In this document: in pieces, positions 28,948-39,996 of the stretch
Numbering within the stretch: position 1 is the first letter of the stretch
Layout of the letters: the number at the start of each line of letters is the position of its first letter
Source of the DNA: a virus
Lineage: Duplodnaviria; Caudoviricetes
DNA length: 64,000 bases
Reading direction: 5' to 3' (one strand)
Virus record (IMG/VR): IMGVR_UViG_2728369500_000003
Span: 1-64,000 of that record
Translations under genes and position numbers: made by a program
Notes under the pieces: generated by a model
Database searches by the model: none
What the model was told of the DNA's origin: nothing
What the model saw: the letters and a program-made list of their open reading frames with translations, nothing else

Positions 28948-30327
28948 ATGGATACAACGAATATTAAAAATAAGATCAACCTAAACATCAAAGACAATCA
29001 GGCCAGAGAAATTACCGCTGAAAAAGTCAGGGAGGTGCTGTATTATATCGTGGATGAGTTTAATGATAACTTTGTCGATGAAAAAGGCATTGATGGAAAA
29101 CTCGATAAAACGACCGAGACCGTTTCAGGTCCTGATACCGTTTTTAAGTATGCCTATATTCTTGACCAGGATAATAATGTCAGAAGAATGTTTGCCGGTG
29201 ATCTGGGGAAAAATGTTGCCAATTCGGCATTGACATCAATTGCCGGAGCCGGATTGACTCTAGGCGCCAACTGGACCATTAATACAGCAGGATTCTATTA
29301 TTACCTCAAAAATTTGCCCGATAAATCAACAGATTCCACATTTGTAAGAATGAGAGTCCAGGATTCAACAGGCCAGGAAGCATGGAGTAACGGGAAAAAT
29401 ATCGTCTTACGTTTTCCCTCACTGGCAACCGATGCCGAAAAAACGACCTTTAGAAATGGACTGAAATTATCAACTGAAAATTTCTCTACAGGGACCCCAA
29501 GAATTGATGTCCTACTCCTTCCTTTTATTGACAATACAAAGAACTTCATTCAATATACAACACTCGTAGGAGTCAATCTATTTGTGGATAATATTACCCC
29601 AAACGCCTACATCAAAATTAAAAGAATCAAGGATATTAACGGTACAATTCTTCCAGCACCTGAAACCTATGATGTCGATAATTTCACTGTACTGCAGAAT
29701 TTCCCCAATAACCTGAATTTTGGAATCAACTGGAAAACAAAGCCAGAAGGATATTACCAGGTTTTTGTAACCCATAACAATATGACAAACGCAAGCTCCC
29801 CGGAATTAATCGTAAAAGAAGGATTAACTTACAGCCAGTTTACAGGCATTGCGAACTGGCAGAAAGCTTCAGGAGGGGATTCTTCCGTAAATGACACAGC
29901 CATTTCATCTGGATCTCAAAACACCCTCTATTACTCCGATAACTTAATAAATACCGCCGAAGTAAATGCAGGTTTTATGGCCTCATTTTCTTTAAATAAT
30001 CAATTAACCAACTATGGAGCCAACTTCGTTAACTTTTGGAGATGCGGGTTAATTGGCAACGGGGATAGCGTATTCTATGGAGTTCAGTACTACGATGGCG
30101 GCGGAATAGGCATGTTACCTGGCACTACATTGGCCATAAGAAACGATACTTTTCATATTGCCTATTATAATGGAGTCGTATATGTCATCGCCGAAGGAAA
30201 TGGCAAAACGTATCAACAGTTTAACAGTACTTACAATTTATACCCGAAAAGGTTTGTTTTCCAATTAGGTGGAGGAGGACAAGGCTCTATCAGTATGCAG
30301 GTACTAGGAAAAATTCTATTATCTTAA
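28948..30327 (+). CDS. Putative receptor-binding or accessory fibre protein
   Basis: Follows the fibre gene; REITAEKVREVL N-terminus; beta-rich C-terminus. Confidence 0.5.
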   Translation: MDTTNIKNKINLNIKDNQAREITAEKVREVLYYIVDEFNDNFVDEKGIDGKLDKTTETVSGPDTVFKYAYILDQDNNVRRMFAGDLGKNVANSALTSIAGAGLTLGANWTINTAGFYYYLKNLPDKSTDSTFVRMRVQDSTGQEAWSNGKNIVLRFPSLATDAEKTTFRNGLKLSTENFSTGTPRIDVLLLPFIDNTKNFIQYTTLVGVNLFVDNITPNAYIKIKRIKDINGTILPAPETYDVDNFTVLQNFPNNLNFGINWKTKPEGYYQVFVTHNNMTNASSPELIVKEGLTYSQFTGIANWQKASGGDSSVNDTAISSGSQNTLYYSDNLINTAEVNAGFMASFSLNNQLTNYGANFVNFWRCGLIGNGDSVFYGVQYYDGGGIGMLPGTTLAIRNDTFHIAYYNGVVYVIAEGNGKTYQQFNSTYNLYPKRFVFQLGGGGQGSISMQVLGKILLS

Positions 30328-30573
30328 AAATTAAAAGCATGAACGAAAATTTAAACATACCCGAAAATATTCAAAAAATTACCTTTTTTGTAATCAGTTT
30401 GTTCTGCACATTAGGTAAATATCTTATAAAGTGGGATTATAAGCTTACTACATTATATGCTATTCTAACAAGTAACAATCTTGTTTTTGACCGTTTTTTC
30501 CACATATGCCCGAAAAGCTGAACAAAAACTTCAAAAGAAGCTAATATATTAATCTTTTAATACAATAATCACA

Positions 30574-31407
30574 ATGAAAAATTATACTCAGGCTCCTTTG
30601 CCTTTTCAGGGACAGAAAAGAAAATTTTTAAAACACTTTAAAGAAGCTTTAAAAGAATTCTCACCCAATGCTACCTATGTAGATTTATTTGGTGGATCGG
30701 GACTGCTCAGCCATACTGTGAAAAATTTCTATCCGGATGCAACGGTTATTTATAATGATTTTGATAATTACACATTACGCATTGAGAATATTGATAACAC
30801 CAATACTTTACTGGCTGATATTCGGGCAATCTGTTCTAAAAATACCAATAGAAAAGACAAAGAAAGACTAAGTGATAGTCTTTGTCGTGAAATTATTGAA
30901 AGAATAAGCCATGAGCAAGGTTTTATCGACTGGGTGACCATATCATCATCTTTACTGTTCTCCATGAATTATGTGACAAACTTTGACCAGCTGAAAAAAG
31001 AAACATTCTATAATAAGGTCAGATTAAGTGATTATAACGCAGAGGGCTATCTTGAAGGGGTAAACACAACTAAAAAAGATTATCGTGATTTATTTGCCGA
31101 TTATAGAAATAATACAGATGTAGTCTTTTTGGTTGATCCTCCCTATCTATCAACAGATACCACAACATACAACCGTAATGATTATTGGAAATTGTCAGAC
31201 TATCTCAATGTACTCAAGACTATTGAAGATACATCTTACTTCTATTTTACAAGCAATAAAAGCCAAATTACAGAGCTTTGCGAGTGGATGCAGCAGCATG
31301 GATACTGCAGAAGTCCTTTTGATGGAGCTAAAACCATAACCGTAGGAACACAGCTGACTTACAATGCTGCTTACAATGATATAATGATCTATAGAAATAT
31401 TTTTTAA
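30574..31407 (+). CDS. Orphan Dam-like N6-adenine DNA methyltransferase
   Basis: PLPFQGQK, VDLFGGSGLLS, FLVDPPY motifs. Confidence 0.9.
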   Translation: MKNYTQAPLPFQGQKRKFLKHFKEALKEFSPNATYVDLFGGSGLLSHTVKNFYPDATVIYNDFDNYTLRIENIDNTNTLLADIRAICSKNTNRKDKERLSDSLCREIIERISHEQGFIDWVTISSSLLFSMNYVTNFDQLKKETFYNKVRLSDYNAEGYLEGVNTTKKDYRDLFADYRNNTDVVFLVDPPYLSTDTTTYNRNDYWKLSDYLNVLKTIEDTSYFYFTSNKSQITELCEWMQQHGYCRSPFDGAKTITVGTQLTYNAAYNDIMIYRNIF

Positions 31408-31428
31408 ACAGTATTTCAATTCTCTTTT

Positions 31429-31455
31429 AAAGCATCCCAAATGGATGCTTTTATT
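31429..31455 (+). terminator. Intrinsic terminator after the methylase
   Basis: AAAGCATCC-CAAAT-GGATGCTTT followed by T-rich tail. Confidence 0.7.
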
Positions 31456-31572
31456 ATATATAGAAACAACAAACATAACAATAAAGCCGGATCGGTATTT
31501 CACGTTTTTGTTTGGCCAATTAGAAGTTCAAAAAATATCTCTATATTAGCACCCATAATTTTTACGAAACAA

Positions 31573-31717
31573 GCGTAAGCTATCATTTGGGATAAAGAAA
31601 ACCGCGAATTTTCTAAAACAGTTCTAAAAATGATAGGCTTACGCCCTCGTACCTATATGGGCGTGAGGGCTGTAAGTCATATCTGAACTGTTGGGTTCTT
31701 CGCGGTACCTCTTTATC
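31573..31717. ncRNA. Long irregular hairpin with an alternative pairing (candidate regulatory RNA)
   Basis: Nested complementary blocks; see findings. Confidence 0.45.
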
Positions 31718-31889
31718 GGATTGGCTTCAGTATCACGCCTTTCTTATTTTAATGTGATTTTTATCATGTGTAAGAAAATACGTCACGGTTTGTCGCCGTG
31801 TCGTGATAGCTTTGCATTAGAACGGCTGAAAACACATAAATAATAAGGTTAAGAATGTTCATGCTAAATCTATAAAACAACTCTTTATC

Positions 31890-31914
31890 TTGTGAACAAA
31901 AAAATATACTTTTG
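31890..31914 (+). promoter_or_regulatory. Host-type promoter of the RHS module
   Basis: TTG ... TACTTTTG, matching the Bacteroidota -33/-7 consensus. Confidence 0.6.
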
Positions 31915-31954
31915 CAGGAAAGTTAAAACATAAATATTTAATACATATATAATT

Positions 31955-32788
31955 ATGAAAGTACAATTATTTTCGATTGCACTATTAGTGTCATCATTTT
32001 CATTCGCCCAAAGCTGGAATACTACTGGGAATTCAGGGACTAATCCATCCAATAATTTTATTGGAACTACAGACAACCAACCTCTGGTTTTTAAAACGAA
32101 CAATACAAAAGTGATGAACATTCTTCCAAATGGAGTAATAAATGTAGGAACTAATGATCCGGGAGGTAGTGGTGAGGCTTATTTCAGAATCTATAAGGAA
32201 GACAATCTGGCTTTTGAGATCGCTAATTCATTGGGATCATTCCAGATCGGAAAATCGGGCTGTTCAGGCTGTTGGGGTGGACAAATCGGAGATACAGTTC
32301 TTAGAAACTTAGGAAAAAGCCACAATATCATTATCGCTCAACCTAATGATGGTAATGATGGCTCTACCTATTTCGGTATTCAGGATGCTTATAATGGAAC
32401 CTGGGTAAAGTTTTTCAATAATGCTATTGCCAGATTTGACGGTAAAATTAAGGCTAAAGAGGTTGAAGTAAAAGCTAATGTATGGGCTGATTATGTCTTT
32501 AAAAAAGAATATCAGCTGAAATCTTTAGAGGAGGTTGAAAAACATATTAATGAAAAAGGGCATTTGCCTAACATTCCCACTGCTCAGCAAGTACTGGAAA
32601 ACGGAATTAATGTTGCTGAAATGAATTCTAAGCTGCTTGAGAAGATTGAAGAATTAACATTATATTCTATTGAGCAAAATAAGCAATTAAAGTTCCAGGC
32701 AGAAGAAATTAAGATGTTAAGAAAACAATCCGAAGAGCTTCAGGAACTCAAAAGTCAAGTTCAGCAATTATTATCAACCAAAAAATAA
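31955..32788 (+). CDS. Secreted protein with S74/tail-fibre-chaperone-like coiled-coil C-terminus
   Basis: Signal peptide; WADYVF..GHLPNIP..LLEKIEELTLY motif. Confidence 0.7.
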   Translation: MKVQLFSIALLVSSFSFAQSWNTTGNSGTNPSNNFIGTTDNQPLVFKTNNTKVMNILPNGVINVGTNDPGGSGEAYFRIYKEDNLAFEIANSLGSFQIGKSGCSGCWGGQIGDTVLRNLGKSHNIIIAQPNDGNDGSTYFGIQDAYNGTWVKFFNNAIARFDGKIKAKEVEVKANVWADYVFKKEYQLKSLEEVEKHINEKGHLPNIPTAQQVLENGINVAEMNSKLLEKIEELTLYSIEQNKQLKFQAEEIKMLRKQSEELQELKSQVQQLLSTKK

Positions 32789-32794
32789 TCACCA

Positions 32795-33253
32795 ATGAAA
32801 AGAAAATTACTATCACTTTCATCCCTGATGATAAGCTTCTTCGGGTTTTCCCAAACCGAAGTCTATTTCAAATATGATGAAGCAGGAAATCAAAGATACA
32901 GGGGAACTAATATCGCTGGGAAAATAGCCCAAGAGCCTGTACAAACCGTAGCTAAAACAGCTTCCCCTACTCAAATTATAGATGAAACTTCATTTTGGAA
33001 GCAAATTAGACTATATCCCGTTCCTGTAAACGACTATCTTACGATAGACTGGAGTGAAGAGGTAGATGGACTCATAGAATCTATTTCACTGTATCAGCAT
33101 AGTACAGTTCACTGGAAATTCCAGCAGCAGAATGCGCCTGATCTTAACAAGCAAGTAAAGGTTAACATGATAGGCTATGATTGGGGGGTATACGTTGTAC
33201 AATTTACCCTAAAAGATGGCAGAATTTTTAGTAAAAATATCACCAAACGATAA
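32795..33253 (+). CDS. Small protein with T9SS type A C-terminal sorting domain
   Basis: Signal peptide; YDEAGNQRYR; LYPVPV..GVYVVQF..KNITKR CTD pattern. Confidence 0.8.
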   Translation: MKRKLLSLSSLMISFFGFSQTEVYFKYDEAGNQRYRGTNIAGKIAQEPVQTVAKTASPTQIIDETSFWKQIRLYPVPVNDYLTIDWSEEVDGLIESISLYQHSTVHWKFQQQNAPDLNKQVKVNMIGYDWGVYVVQFTLKDGRIFSKNITKR

Positions 33254-33258
33254 GAGCC

Positions 33259-36200
33259 ATGAAACGTTACGATAAGAAAATACAACTATTTTCAACAATT
33301 ATACTGTCACTTTGTTCGGTATTGGGCTTTTCACAGACCATACTGTATCAAACAGAAAGTACCTCAAGGACGGTTCAAGACCCGCAATCAGTGGTGTTAG
33401 CACAAGGATTCTATGCTTCTTCCAGCTCATCGAATCCCTTTGTTGCTAAGATCGGTCCAGCTACTGAGAATCCGGGAGGTGGACCTGTGGACTCTGGCGC
33501 TGGATCAACCAACCCATCAGGAACGACAGCACCGGATGGAAAGAGTTTTCATGACACTAAAGGAAATATTGAGGTTAATGGAGCTGGGCAATTGCAATTC
33601 ACATTACCTATTGCCCTCCCTCCAGGAGTAAAAAGTGTAGCACCACAGATTAATCTATTGTATACCAGTGGGGCTTCTAATGGAATAGCTGGTTATGGCT
33701 GGAATATTTCAGGAATTACCTCTATTTCAAGAGCCGGAAAAACAATTGATAAAGACGCAGAAGCTAAAGCAGTACAAATTGATTATTCTGATTATTATAG
33801 TTTTAATGGTCAGCGATTGATTTTAAAATCTGGAGAATATGGTAAAGATGGTGCAGAATATGTGACAGAGAAATATTCTAATATCAAAATAAAATCTGTC
33901 GGAAATAGTTTAAATATTTCAGGACCTAACTATTGGGAAGTGACTTTTGAAAATGGTTCTCAAGCTAAATATGAGAAAACATTTTCAACAGGATTTATGG
34001 GCGATACTACCCCAGCATTGGAGTATAACATCACAAAATGGAAAGATCCTCAAGGGAACTTCATCACATACAACTATGAATATACACCACTTGGTTCCGC
34101 GGGTATTAATGGTGGCGTGTCCAGAATATCCACTATAACATGGGGAGGAAATGAAACATTAAACAAACCTCATTATAACAGCATTGAATTTACTTATATA
34201 GACAGGGACTTGATCGAACAGTCATATGTACAGGGATTAAAATATACTCAAAATAAACTTTTGTCCGAAATTAAGGTAAGTTACAATGGCAGTCAATTTA
34301 AAAAATATGGAATTGATTACATTAAAAATGGAACAAATTATCAATCAGTTGATAAGATAACGGAGTACAATGCAGAAAACAAAGCTGCTAATCCGGTAGT
34401 TTTTACTTATCCAGCTCCTACCCAGCCTGTTTTAGAGTTTTCAGATAATAATGTAGATAGCTTTGAAAACGTAAAGCTGACAGGTGACTTTAATGGTGAT
34501 GGATATTTGGATTTTTCAATGAACAATGGTGTAGTGAAGCTTGGAGGATTGAATAATACCTTTACGGATATTTCCACAGGTAAAACCTTTAATACAGAAG
34601 CTAAAGTTATCAGTACGTTGTTAGATGAAGAAGGACAAATCCATAATGGAAACGGAATTGTTCAATACGAAGGCGGCAAAGTAGTAGGGTACATTTTCAG
34701 AGATAATACCTTTGCTAAAGTATTTGAGAAGGTGGTTTATGTTGATCCAAACTGTACATATCAGGGAGGTGGCGTAGGCTGTAGTATACAAATGGCTTCA
34801 TTCAATGAAGGAGATATTAATGGTGATGGTATTTCGGATGTATTTGTGAAGATCAATAAAAAAATTTGCCAGTTTGAACCAACACCCGGATGTAATGATT
34901 TAACAAAAACAACTATGTCCACTTCTGATGGTACAATTAACAGACCACCGCCATGTCATGAACTCAATTGTAATACTTATTTGGTAGGGAATTATATTGT
35001 TGACTTAAAAAATGCTGACAATCCTTTATCAACCTATACAGTTGATTCAGGGATCAATGAAAGTTCTTATTACAAGCAGCAATATCTGGATGTAGATGGC
35101 GATGGTAAAATAAATATTATTGATATTTCCAATACAGCCTATACCGTATTTGAGTTTATAAAAACAGCTCCTAATCAGTATCTTAAGAAGATAAAATTCT
35201 CCGGTAATTTAGCTGAAACAAAAGCACCTGAATTTCCTGTTTTGTTTGGAGACTTTAACGGTGATGGGAACCTTGACTTTACGATCCCAACAACAGATAA
35301 CAAGGATAAAGATAACTGGAGGTTTTATATGGGGACAGGAAAAGGATTTTCCAATATCTTAAAAACTGACTTTTTGAAATACAGAAAACCTAATGACTAT
35401 CAAAACAGTAATTACCCTACTTTTAATATTTACCAGCATGTATATTCGGTATCAGACATCAATAAAGACGGGAAATCGGATATTGTACATATACTGCCCT
35501 ATAATAAAGCAGGTGTAGTAAATTCAAGTGGACTTATACTGAATAGATATTACGGCTATACTATTGACACTTATACATCTAATGGAGCTACGGCCAATGG
35601 AAGTCCTGATTTTTATACAAGCTATACATATAACGGCTCTAATTATGTAACAGGTACCAGTGAATTTGCTTTATTCTCTCCTATCACATCACAGGTAAAA
35701 ATCAACAACAACTATTATGATGTACTATTATTCTGGAAAGAGAGAATGCACAAGCTTAAATCACCTTCTTCTGCTGGAAAGCTGTCTCAAGTGCAAACTA
35801 TTACTCAGGGAGGGATTACTACATCAGCAGATTATTTAGAGGTAATCCCGAATAATCCTCTTAACCCTAATTTTTATCAAAAGGTTAAAAAAGAATATTA
35901 TCCTTATTTTTCTTTAAGCAGGGTTGACCAATCCTATGCTGTATCTCAACTTAGACAAGAAGGCAGAAAGCAGGATTTTCGATACAGAGGGATGACCGGA
36001 CATATGCATGGAAAAGGGATGATGGGCTATTATCAATCTGCCCGCAGTTCATGGTATGCAGACGGTTTTGAAAATACGAAAATCTGGTCAGCAGTAGAAA
36101 TAGATCCTCTTTTTGATGGGCTTCCGGTGAAAGAATGGAGTATCTCGACCAACGACGAATCAAAAATATTCCCTGCTGATATTTCTGAGAACAACACCCA

Positions 36201-39200
36201 GCTATTAAGTTTCAAATCTACTATTTACCAAACAGATAAATTATTAAACGGACAAATCGTAACAGGCATAATTGCTGATGCTGATAAGCCAAAGGTGATA
36301 ACTGCTACTGTTCCCAAAAGTACTAAAACAAAGGATTTCCTGAATGATACATTAACAAACGCTTCTATTACTTATGGGGATTATTATCTTCCAAAGCAAA
36401 GTGTATCGAATGTTAATAATGGATATGCAATAACAACTTCTAATTTTGAATATATTCATAATACATCAGGAATTGCGGCAGATTACTTTGTAGGTCGTCC
36501 TCAATCTAAAACTGATCAAATCTCAGCTTACGGAGATACCAAATCCGCAAAAGAAGAATATACTTATGAGAGTAATCTCTTAAAAACACAGAAAACCTGG
36601 AACAGAGATAATACCGGATATTTACTGGAAACTTATAGTTACGATGGTTTTGGAAATATTACCGGAAAAATAACTAGCAATAGTATTGATTCCCAAATTC
36701 AGACAGAAGCAAGCGTATATGATCCGAAAGGGAGATTTGTTGTAAAGAAAACAGATAACTTAGGATTAGAAACAGGTATTGAGTATAATGACTGGGGGCA
36801 GATCAAAAAGCAAACTGATCCGTTAGGAAATATCCTTACCAATACCTACGATGCATGGGGTAAAATCCTTACCTCCAAAACAAATCTTGGAGGAACGACT
36901 ACCTATCAATATAATAGAGATAACAATTCTAATATCACTGTTACACAGTATAATCCGGATGGAGATATTTCAAAAAAATATACCAATAAGCTAGGACAGG
37001 AATATAAAGTCTCTACGAAGGCATTTGGACAGGGACAATTTGTTTCTAAAGAAACCCAGTATGACATACTGGGAAGAAAAATTAGGGAATCCGAGCATTA
37101 TTTTGAAGGACAAAGTGCTTCTGGATGGAATACCATTACTTATGATGACTCTGTTTTCCCTATCACCAAAGCAACCGCTACATCATTCAATGGTAAGCAG
37201 ATGGAAACTACTGTCTCAGGCTTGACCACAATTGTCAAAGAACTTAACGGTTATGGAAGAACTACTTCCAAAAACACTGATGCTTTAGGAAATGTAGTTT
37301 CTTCAACGGACAAAGGAGGAACGATTACCTTCTTCTATAATGCAGCCGGAGAGCAAATCAAAGCACAGTATGCAGAAAATATTGTCACCACAAAATATGA
37401 TTCCTGGGGAAGAAAATTAGAATTTAATGATCCTTCCAACGGATTGTACAAATATGAATATGACGGATTCGGACAACCGAAGAAGATCATAAGTCCGAAA
37501 GGAACAAAAGAATATATGTATAATAATCTGGGACAGTTGGTTGCTCAGACGGAAATTTCAACTATAGACGGAGGGCAGGCTACCAACAAAACAATTTCTT
37601 TTACTTATGATAATAAAGGAAGGTTAGTTTCAAAAGATGGAACATCTAAAGGAAAAGCTTACAGTTCAAATGTGTCTTATGATCAACAAGGAAGAGTATT
37701 ATCATCCTCAGAAAGCAGTAACGGAAAATACTTTATCCAGAAAGGAATTACCTATGATGATAAAGGAAGGGTAATTTCTTATGAAAAGCAGCTCTATTCT
37801 TCCGGTGCTCTTACTAAAGTTCAGATTGAGAATCTGTACAGCGCCTGGAGTGGTGAACTGTATCAGGTAAAAGACAAAAACTCTGGTAAAATCCTATGGG
37901 AATTGACAGAAGCCAATGCCAAAGGGCAAGTGCTGAAAGCAAAATTAGGTGCGGCTAACATTAATAATACATACGATGATAATGGTTTCCTTACGAATGT
38001 GAATCACTCTTCGGCACTAAAACCAGGTATTCTCCAACTCTCTTATTCATTCAATGCTATAAAAAATGAACTCAAGAGTAGAACAACAGGTGGAGACTTT
38101 AATATTGTTGAATCTTTCGATTATGATGATAATAATCGTTTGGTAAACTGGACAAATCCTGTGACAGGGATCAAGCCAACAAGCAACAGAAACGTTTATG
38201 ATGTTAAAGGTAGAATCATAGAGAACGACCAAGTGGGAATCATGAAGTATGAGAACTCAGCTAAGATCTACCAGCCAACAGGAATGACTTTGAATGCAGC
38301 AGGAACACAAAATTATAACAATGATTTAATACAAAGCATTACCTACAATGAGAACAATGACCCTGTATTCATTGATGGAATGAAAGGAGATGTTGCCTTC
38401 CAGTATGGACTTACGAATATGAGACAAAGAGTTACCTATGGTGGTAATTTCAGTATTGATGGAGATGGTAAGTTCACCAAATTTTACAGTGAAGACGGAA
38501 GCTATGAAATCGTAAAAGATAATACGACCGGAAAAGAAAAGCATATCATTTATATTGGGGGCACACCTTATGAATCCAATATTGTATATTTAAAAAACTT
38601 TACAGAGAGCATCGGTTCTTACAAATTTTTACATAAGGATTATATTGGAAGCATCCTAGCCATCAGCGATGAAGCCGGAAATAAATTAGAGCAGAGACAT
38701 TTTGATGCATGGGGTAATTTCACACACCTCCAGATAGGAAATGGAGTCATTATTACAGATAAAAATATCATTGATAATGCTTCGTTATTAGTAGACAGAG
38801 GCTATACAAGCCACGAACATTTTGCAGAAGTAGGAATCATCCACATGAATGGTAGATTATATGATCCGTTATTGAGAAGATTCTTAAATGCAGATGAAAA
38901 TATCCAGGACCCTACAAATACCCAAAACTATAATAAGTACGGGTATGTGATGAATAATCCCTTGATGTATAATGACCCTAGCGGGGAATTCTGGCAGATT
39001 TTTGCAATTCCTATTGTTAAAGCGTTACTTTTTGCTGTAGTCTCTTACACTGCTACTGTTTTGATTACTGGTGCGAAGTTTAATATTCTTAACTTATATT
39101 CTAGCATTGTAATGAGTTTGATAAGTGCGGGGATAACAACTGTTATAGGGGATGTCTTTTCTACTGCAACTGCAAGTATAGGAAATGAAGCTTTAAAAAG

Positions 39201-39987
39201 CCTCGTCCATGCAGGTGTACAGGGAACATTAAGCTTTATGCAGGGTGACAACTTTTTCACTGCAGCAGCAAGTGCATTTTTATCCAGCTTTGCTTCTTTT
39301 GGATATGCTAAAGCTATTGGAGAAGCTGCATATAGCGGTGTAGGCCAGGTTGCATTCAGCATGCTTTCAGGTGGTGTGGGATCTGCCCTTACAGGAGGTA
39401 ATTTCTGGGAAGGTGTGAAGATTGGTGCTATTGTATCTATTTTTAATCATCTAGCTCACAGAGGAGACAATCTTTTCAAGGCTTCTAAATCAGATGAGGA
39501 TGGTGATTCTTCAATCATGAAGATAATGAAGGCGAATAGTCCTGTAGGAATTGAATCTGAACAGGGATCTTCTTCTTCTTCTTCTTTTGTTTTTAAAAAA
39601 TTAAGAAGTACTAACTGGCAGGTTGCTGATGTCTCAAATATCCACTATACTAGTGTCACTTCATTATATCCTAATCTTGACATTTTCTTTTTGTCTGTTA
39701 CTAGAGGGTATTATCAATTTCCTGTTAAATATGCAAATGGCTATGTTTTACCTAGCAATATAGCAGCAAATATAGCAGCAAAGGCTACTGATTTTGGACT
39801 AAAAGAGACTAGAAATTATTACACTATTCGACAAGGTAACGCAATGCAAGCTGAAATGCAAAACTTTTTTAAAACTTCTGTGAATTTTTACCTTGGAACA
39901 TGGGGAGGCAGGTTTTCATTTTCTCCACCGATGGGCTATAAAGGAATTCCAACCCCATATAGAAGAAATTTAAACCCATTCCAATAA
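33259..39987 (+). CDS. RHS polymorphic toxin (SpvB/TcB-like N-terminus, FG-GAP repeats, YD shell, RHS core, unknown C-terminal domain)
   Basis: Signal peptide; PIALPPG..GWNISG SpvB-like; GDFNGDG repeats; GYTSHEH..MNGRLYDP..NPLMYNDPSG core. Confidence 0.92.
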   Translation: MKRYDKKIQLFSTIILSLCSVLGFSQTILYQTESTSRTVQDPQSVVLAQGFYASSSSSNPFVAKIGPATENPGGGPVDSGAGSTNPSGTTAPDGKSFHDTKGNIEVNGAGQLQFTLPIALPPGVKSVAPQINLLYTSGASNGIAGYGWNISGITSISRAGKTIDKDAEAKAVQIDYSDYYSFNGQRLILKSGEYGKDGAEYVTEKYSNIKIKSVGNSLNISGPNYWEVTFENGSQAKYEKTFSTGFMGDTTPALEYNITKWKDPQGNFITYNYEYTPLGSAGINGGVSRISTITWGGNETLNKPHYNSIEFTYIDRDLIEQSYVQGLKYTQNKLLSEIKVSYNGSQFKKYGIDYIKNGTNYQSVDKITEYNAENKAANPVVFTYPAPTQPVLEFSDNNVDSFENVKLTGDFNGDGYLDFSMNNGVVKLGGLNNTFTDISTGKTFNTEAKVISTLLDEEGQIHNGNGIVQYEGGKVVGYIFRDNTFAKVFEKVVYVDPNCTYQGGGVGCSIQMASFNEGDINGDGISDVFVKINKKICQFEPTPGCNDLTKTTMSTSDGTINRPPPCHELNCNTYLVGNYIVDLKNADNPLSTYTVDSGINESSYYKQQYLDVDGDGKINIIDISNTAYTVFEFIKTAPNQYLKKIKFSGNLAETKAPEFPVLFGDFNGDGNLDFTIPTTDNKDKDNWRFYMGTGKGFSNILKTDFLKYRKPNDYQNSNYPTFNIYQHVYSVSDINKDGKSDIVHILPYNKAGVVNSSGLILNRYYGYTIDTYTSNGATANGSPDFYTSYTYNGSNYVTGTSEFALFSPITSQVKINNNYYDVLLFWKERMHKLKSPSSAGKLSQVQTITQGGITTSADYLEVIPNNPLNPNFYQKVKKEYYPYFSLSRVDQSYAVSQLRQEGRKQDFRYRGMTGHMHGKGMMGYYQSARSSWYADGFENTKIWSAVEIDPLFDGLPVKEWSISTNDESKIFPADISENNTQLLSFKSTIYQTDKLLNGQIVTGIIADADKPKVITATVPKSTKTKDFLNDTLTNASITYGDYYLPKQSVSNVNNGYAITTSNFEYIHNTSGIAADYFVGRPQSKTDQISAYGDTKSAKEEYTYESNLLKTQKTWNRDNTGYLLETYSYDGFGNITGKITSNSIDSQIQTEASVYDPKGRFVVKKTDNLGLETGIEYNDWGQIKKQTDPLGNILTNTYDAWGKILTSKTNLGGTTTYQYNRDNNSNITVTQYNPDGDISKKYTNKLGQEYKVSTKAFGQGQFVSKETQYDILGRKIRESEHYFEGQSASGWNTITYDDSVFPITKATATSFNGKQMETTVSGLTTIVKELNGYGRTTSKNTDALGNVVSSTDKGGTITFFYNAAGEQIKAQYAENIVTTKYDSWGRKLEFNDPSNGLYKYEYDGFGQPKKIISPKGTKEYMYNNLGQLVAQTEISTIDGGQATNKTISFTYDNKGRLVSKDGTSKGKAYSSNVSYDQQGRVLSSSESSNGKYFIQKGITYDDKGRVISYEKQLYSSGALTKVQIENLYSAWSGELYQVKDKNSGKILWELTEANAKGQVLKAKLGAANINNTYDDNGFLTNVNHSSALKPGILQLSYSFNAIKNELKSRTTGGDFNIVESFDYDDNNRLVNWTNPVTGIKPTSNRNVYDVKGRIIENDQVGIMKYENSAKIYQPTGMTLNAAGTQNYNNDLIQSITYNENNDPVFIDGMKGDVAFQYGLTNMRQRVTYGGNFSIDGDGKFTKFYSEDGSYEIVKDNTTGKEKHIIYIGGTPYESNIVYLKNFTESIGSYKFLHKDYIGSILAISDEAGNKLEQRHFDAWGNFTHLQIGNGVIITDKNIIDNASLLVDRGYTSHEHFAEVGIIHMNGRLYDPLLRRFLNADENIQDPTNTQNYNKYGYVMNNPLMYNDPSGEFWQIFAIPIVKALLFAVVSYTATVLITGAKFNILNLYSSIVMSLISAGITTVIGDVFSTATASIGNEALKSLVHAGVQGTLSFMQGDNFFTAAASAFLSSFASFGYAKAIGEAAYSGVGQVAFSMLSGGVGSALTGGNFWEGVKIGAIVSIFNHLAHRGDNLFKASKSDEDGDSSIMKIMKANSPVGIESEQGSSSSSSFVFKKLRSTNWQVADVSNIHYTSVTSLYPNLDIFFLSVTRGYYQFPVKYANGYVLPSNIAANIAAKATDFGLKETRNYYTIRQGNAMQAEMQNFFKTSVNFYLGTWGGRFSFSPPMGYKGIPTPYRRNLNPFQ

Positions 39988-39996
39988 ATTATAATT

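Noticed and set aside
13591-30327. Tailocin or extracellular contractile injection system
   Set aside because: Terminase, portal, capsid, replication genes and an integrase are present, so this is a prophage.
27969-30327. Diversity-generating retroelement or invertible tail-fibre switch
   Set aside because: No reverse transcriptase, template/variable repeat pair, invertase or inverted fibre segments seen.
30339-30521. Holin candidate
   Set aside because: Only one weakly hydrophobic stretch, no adjacent endolysin; coding status uncertain.
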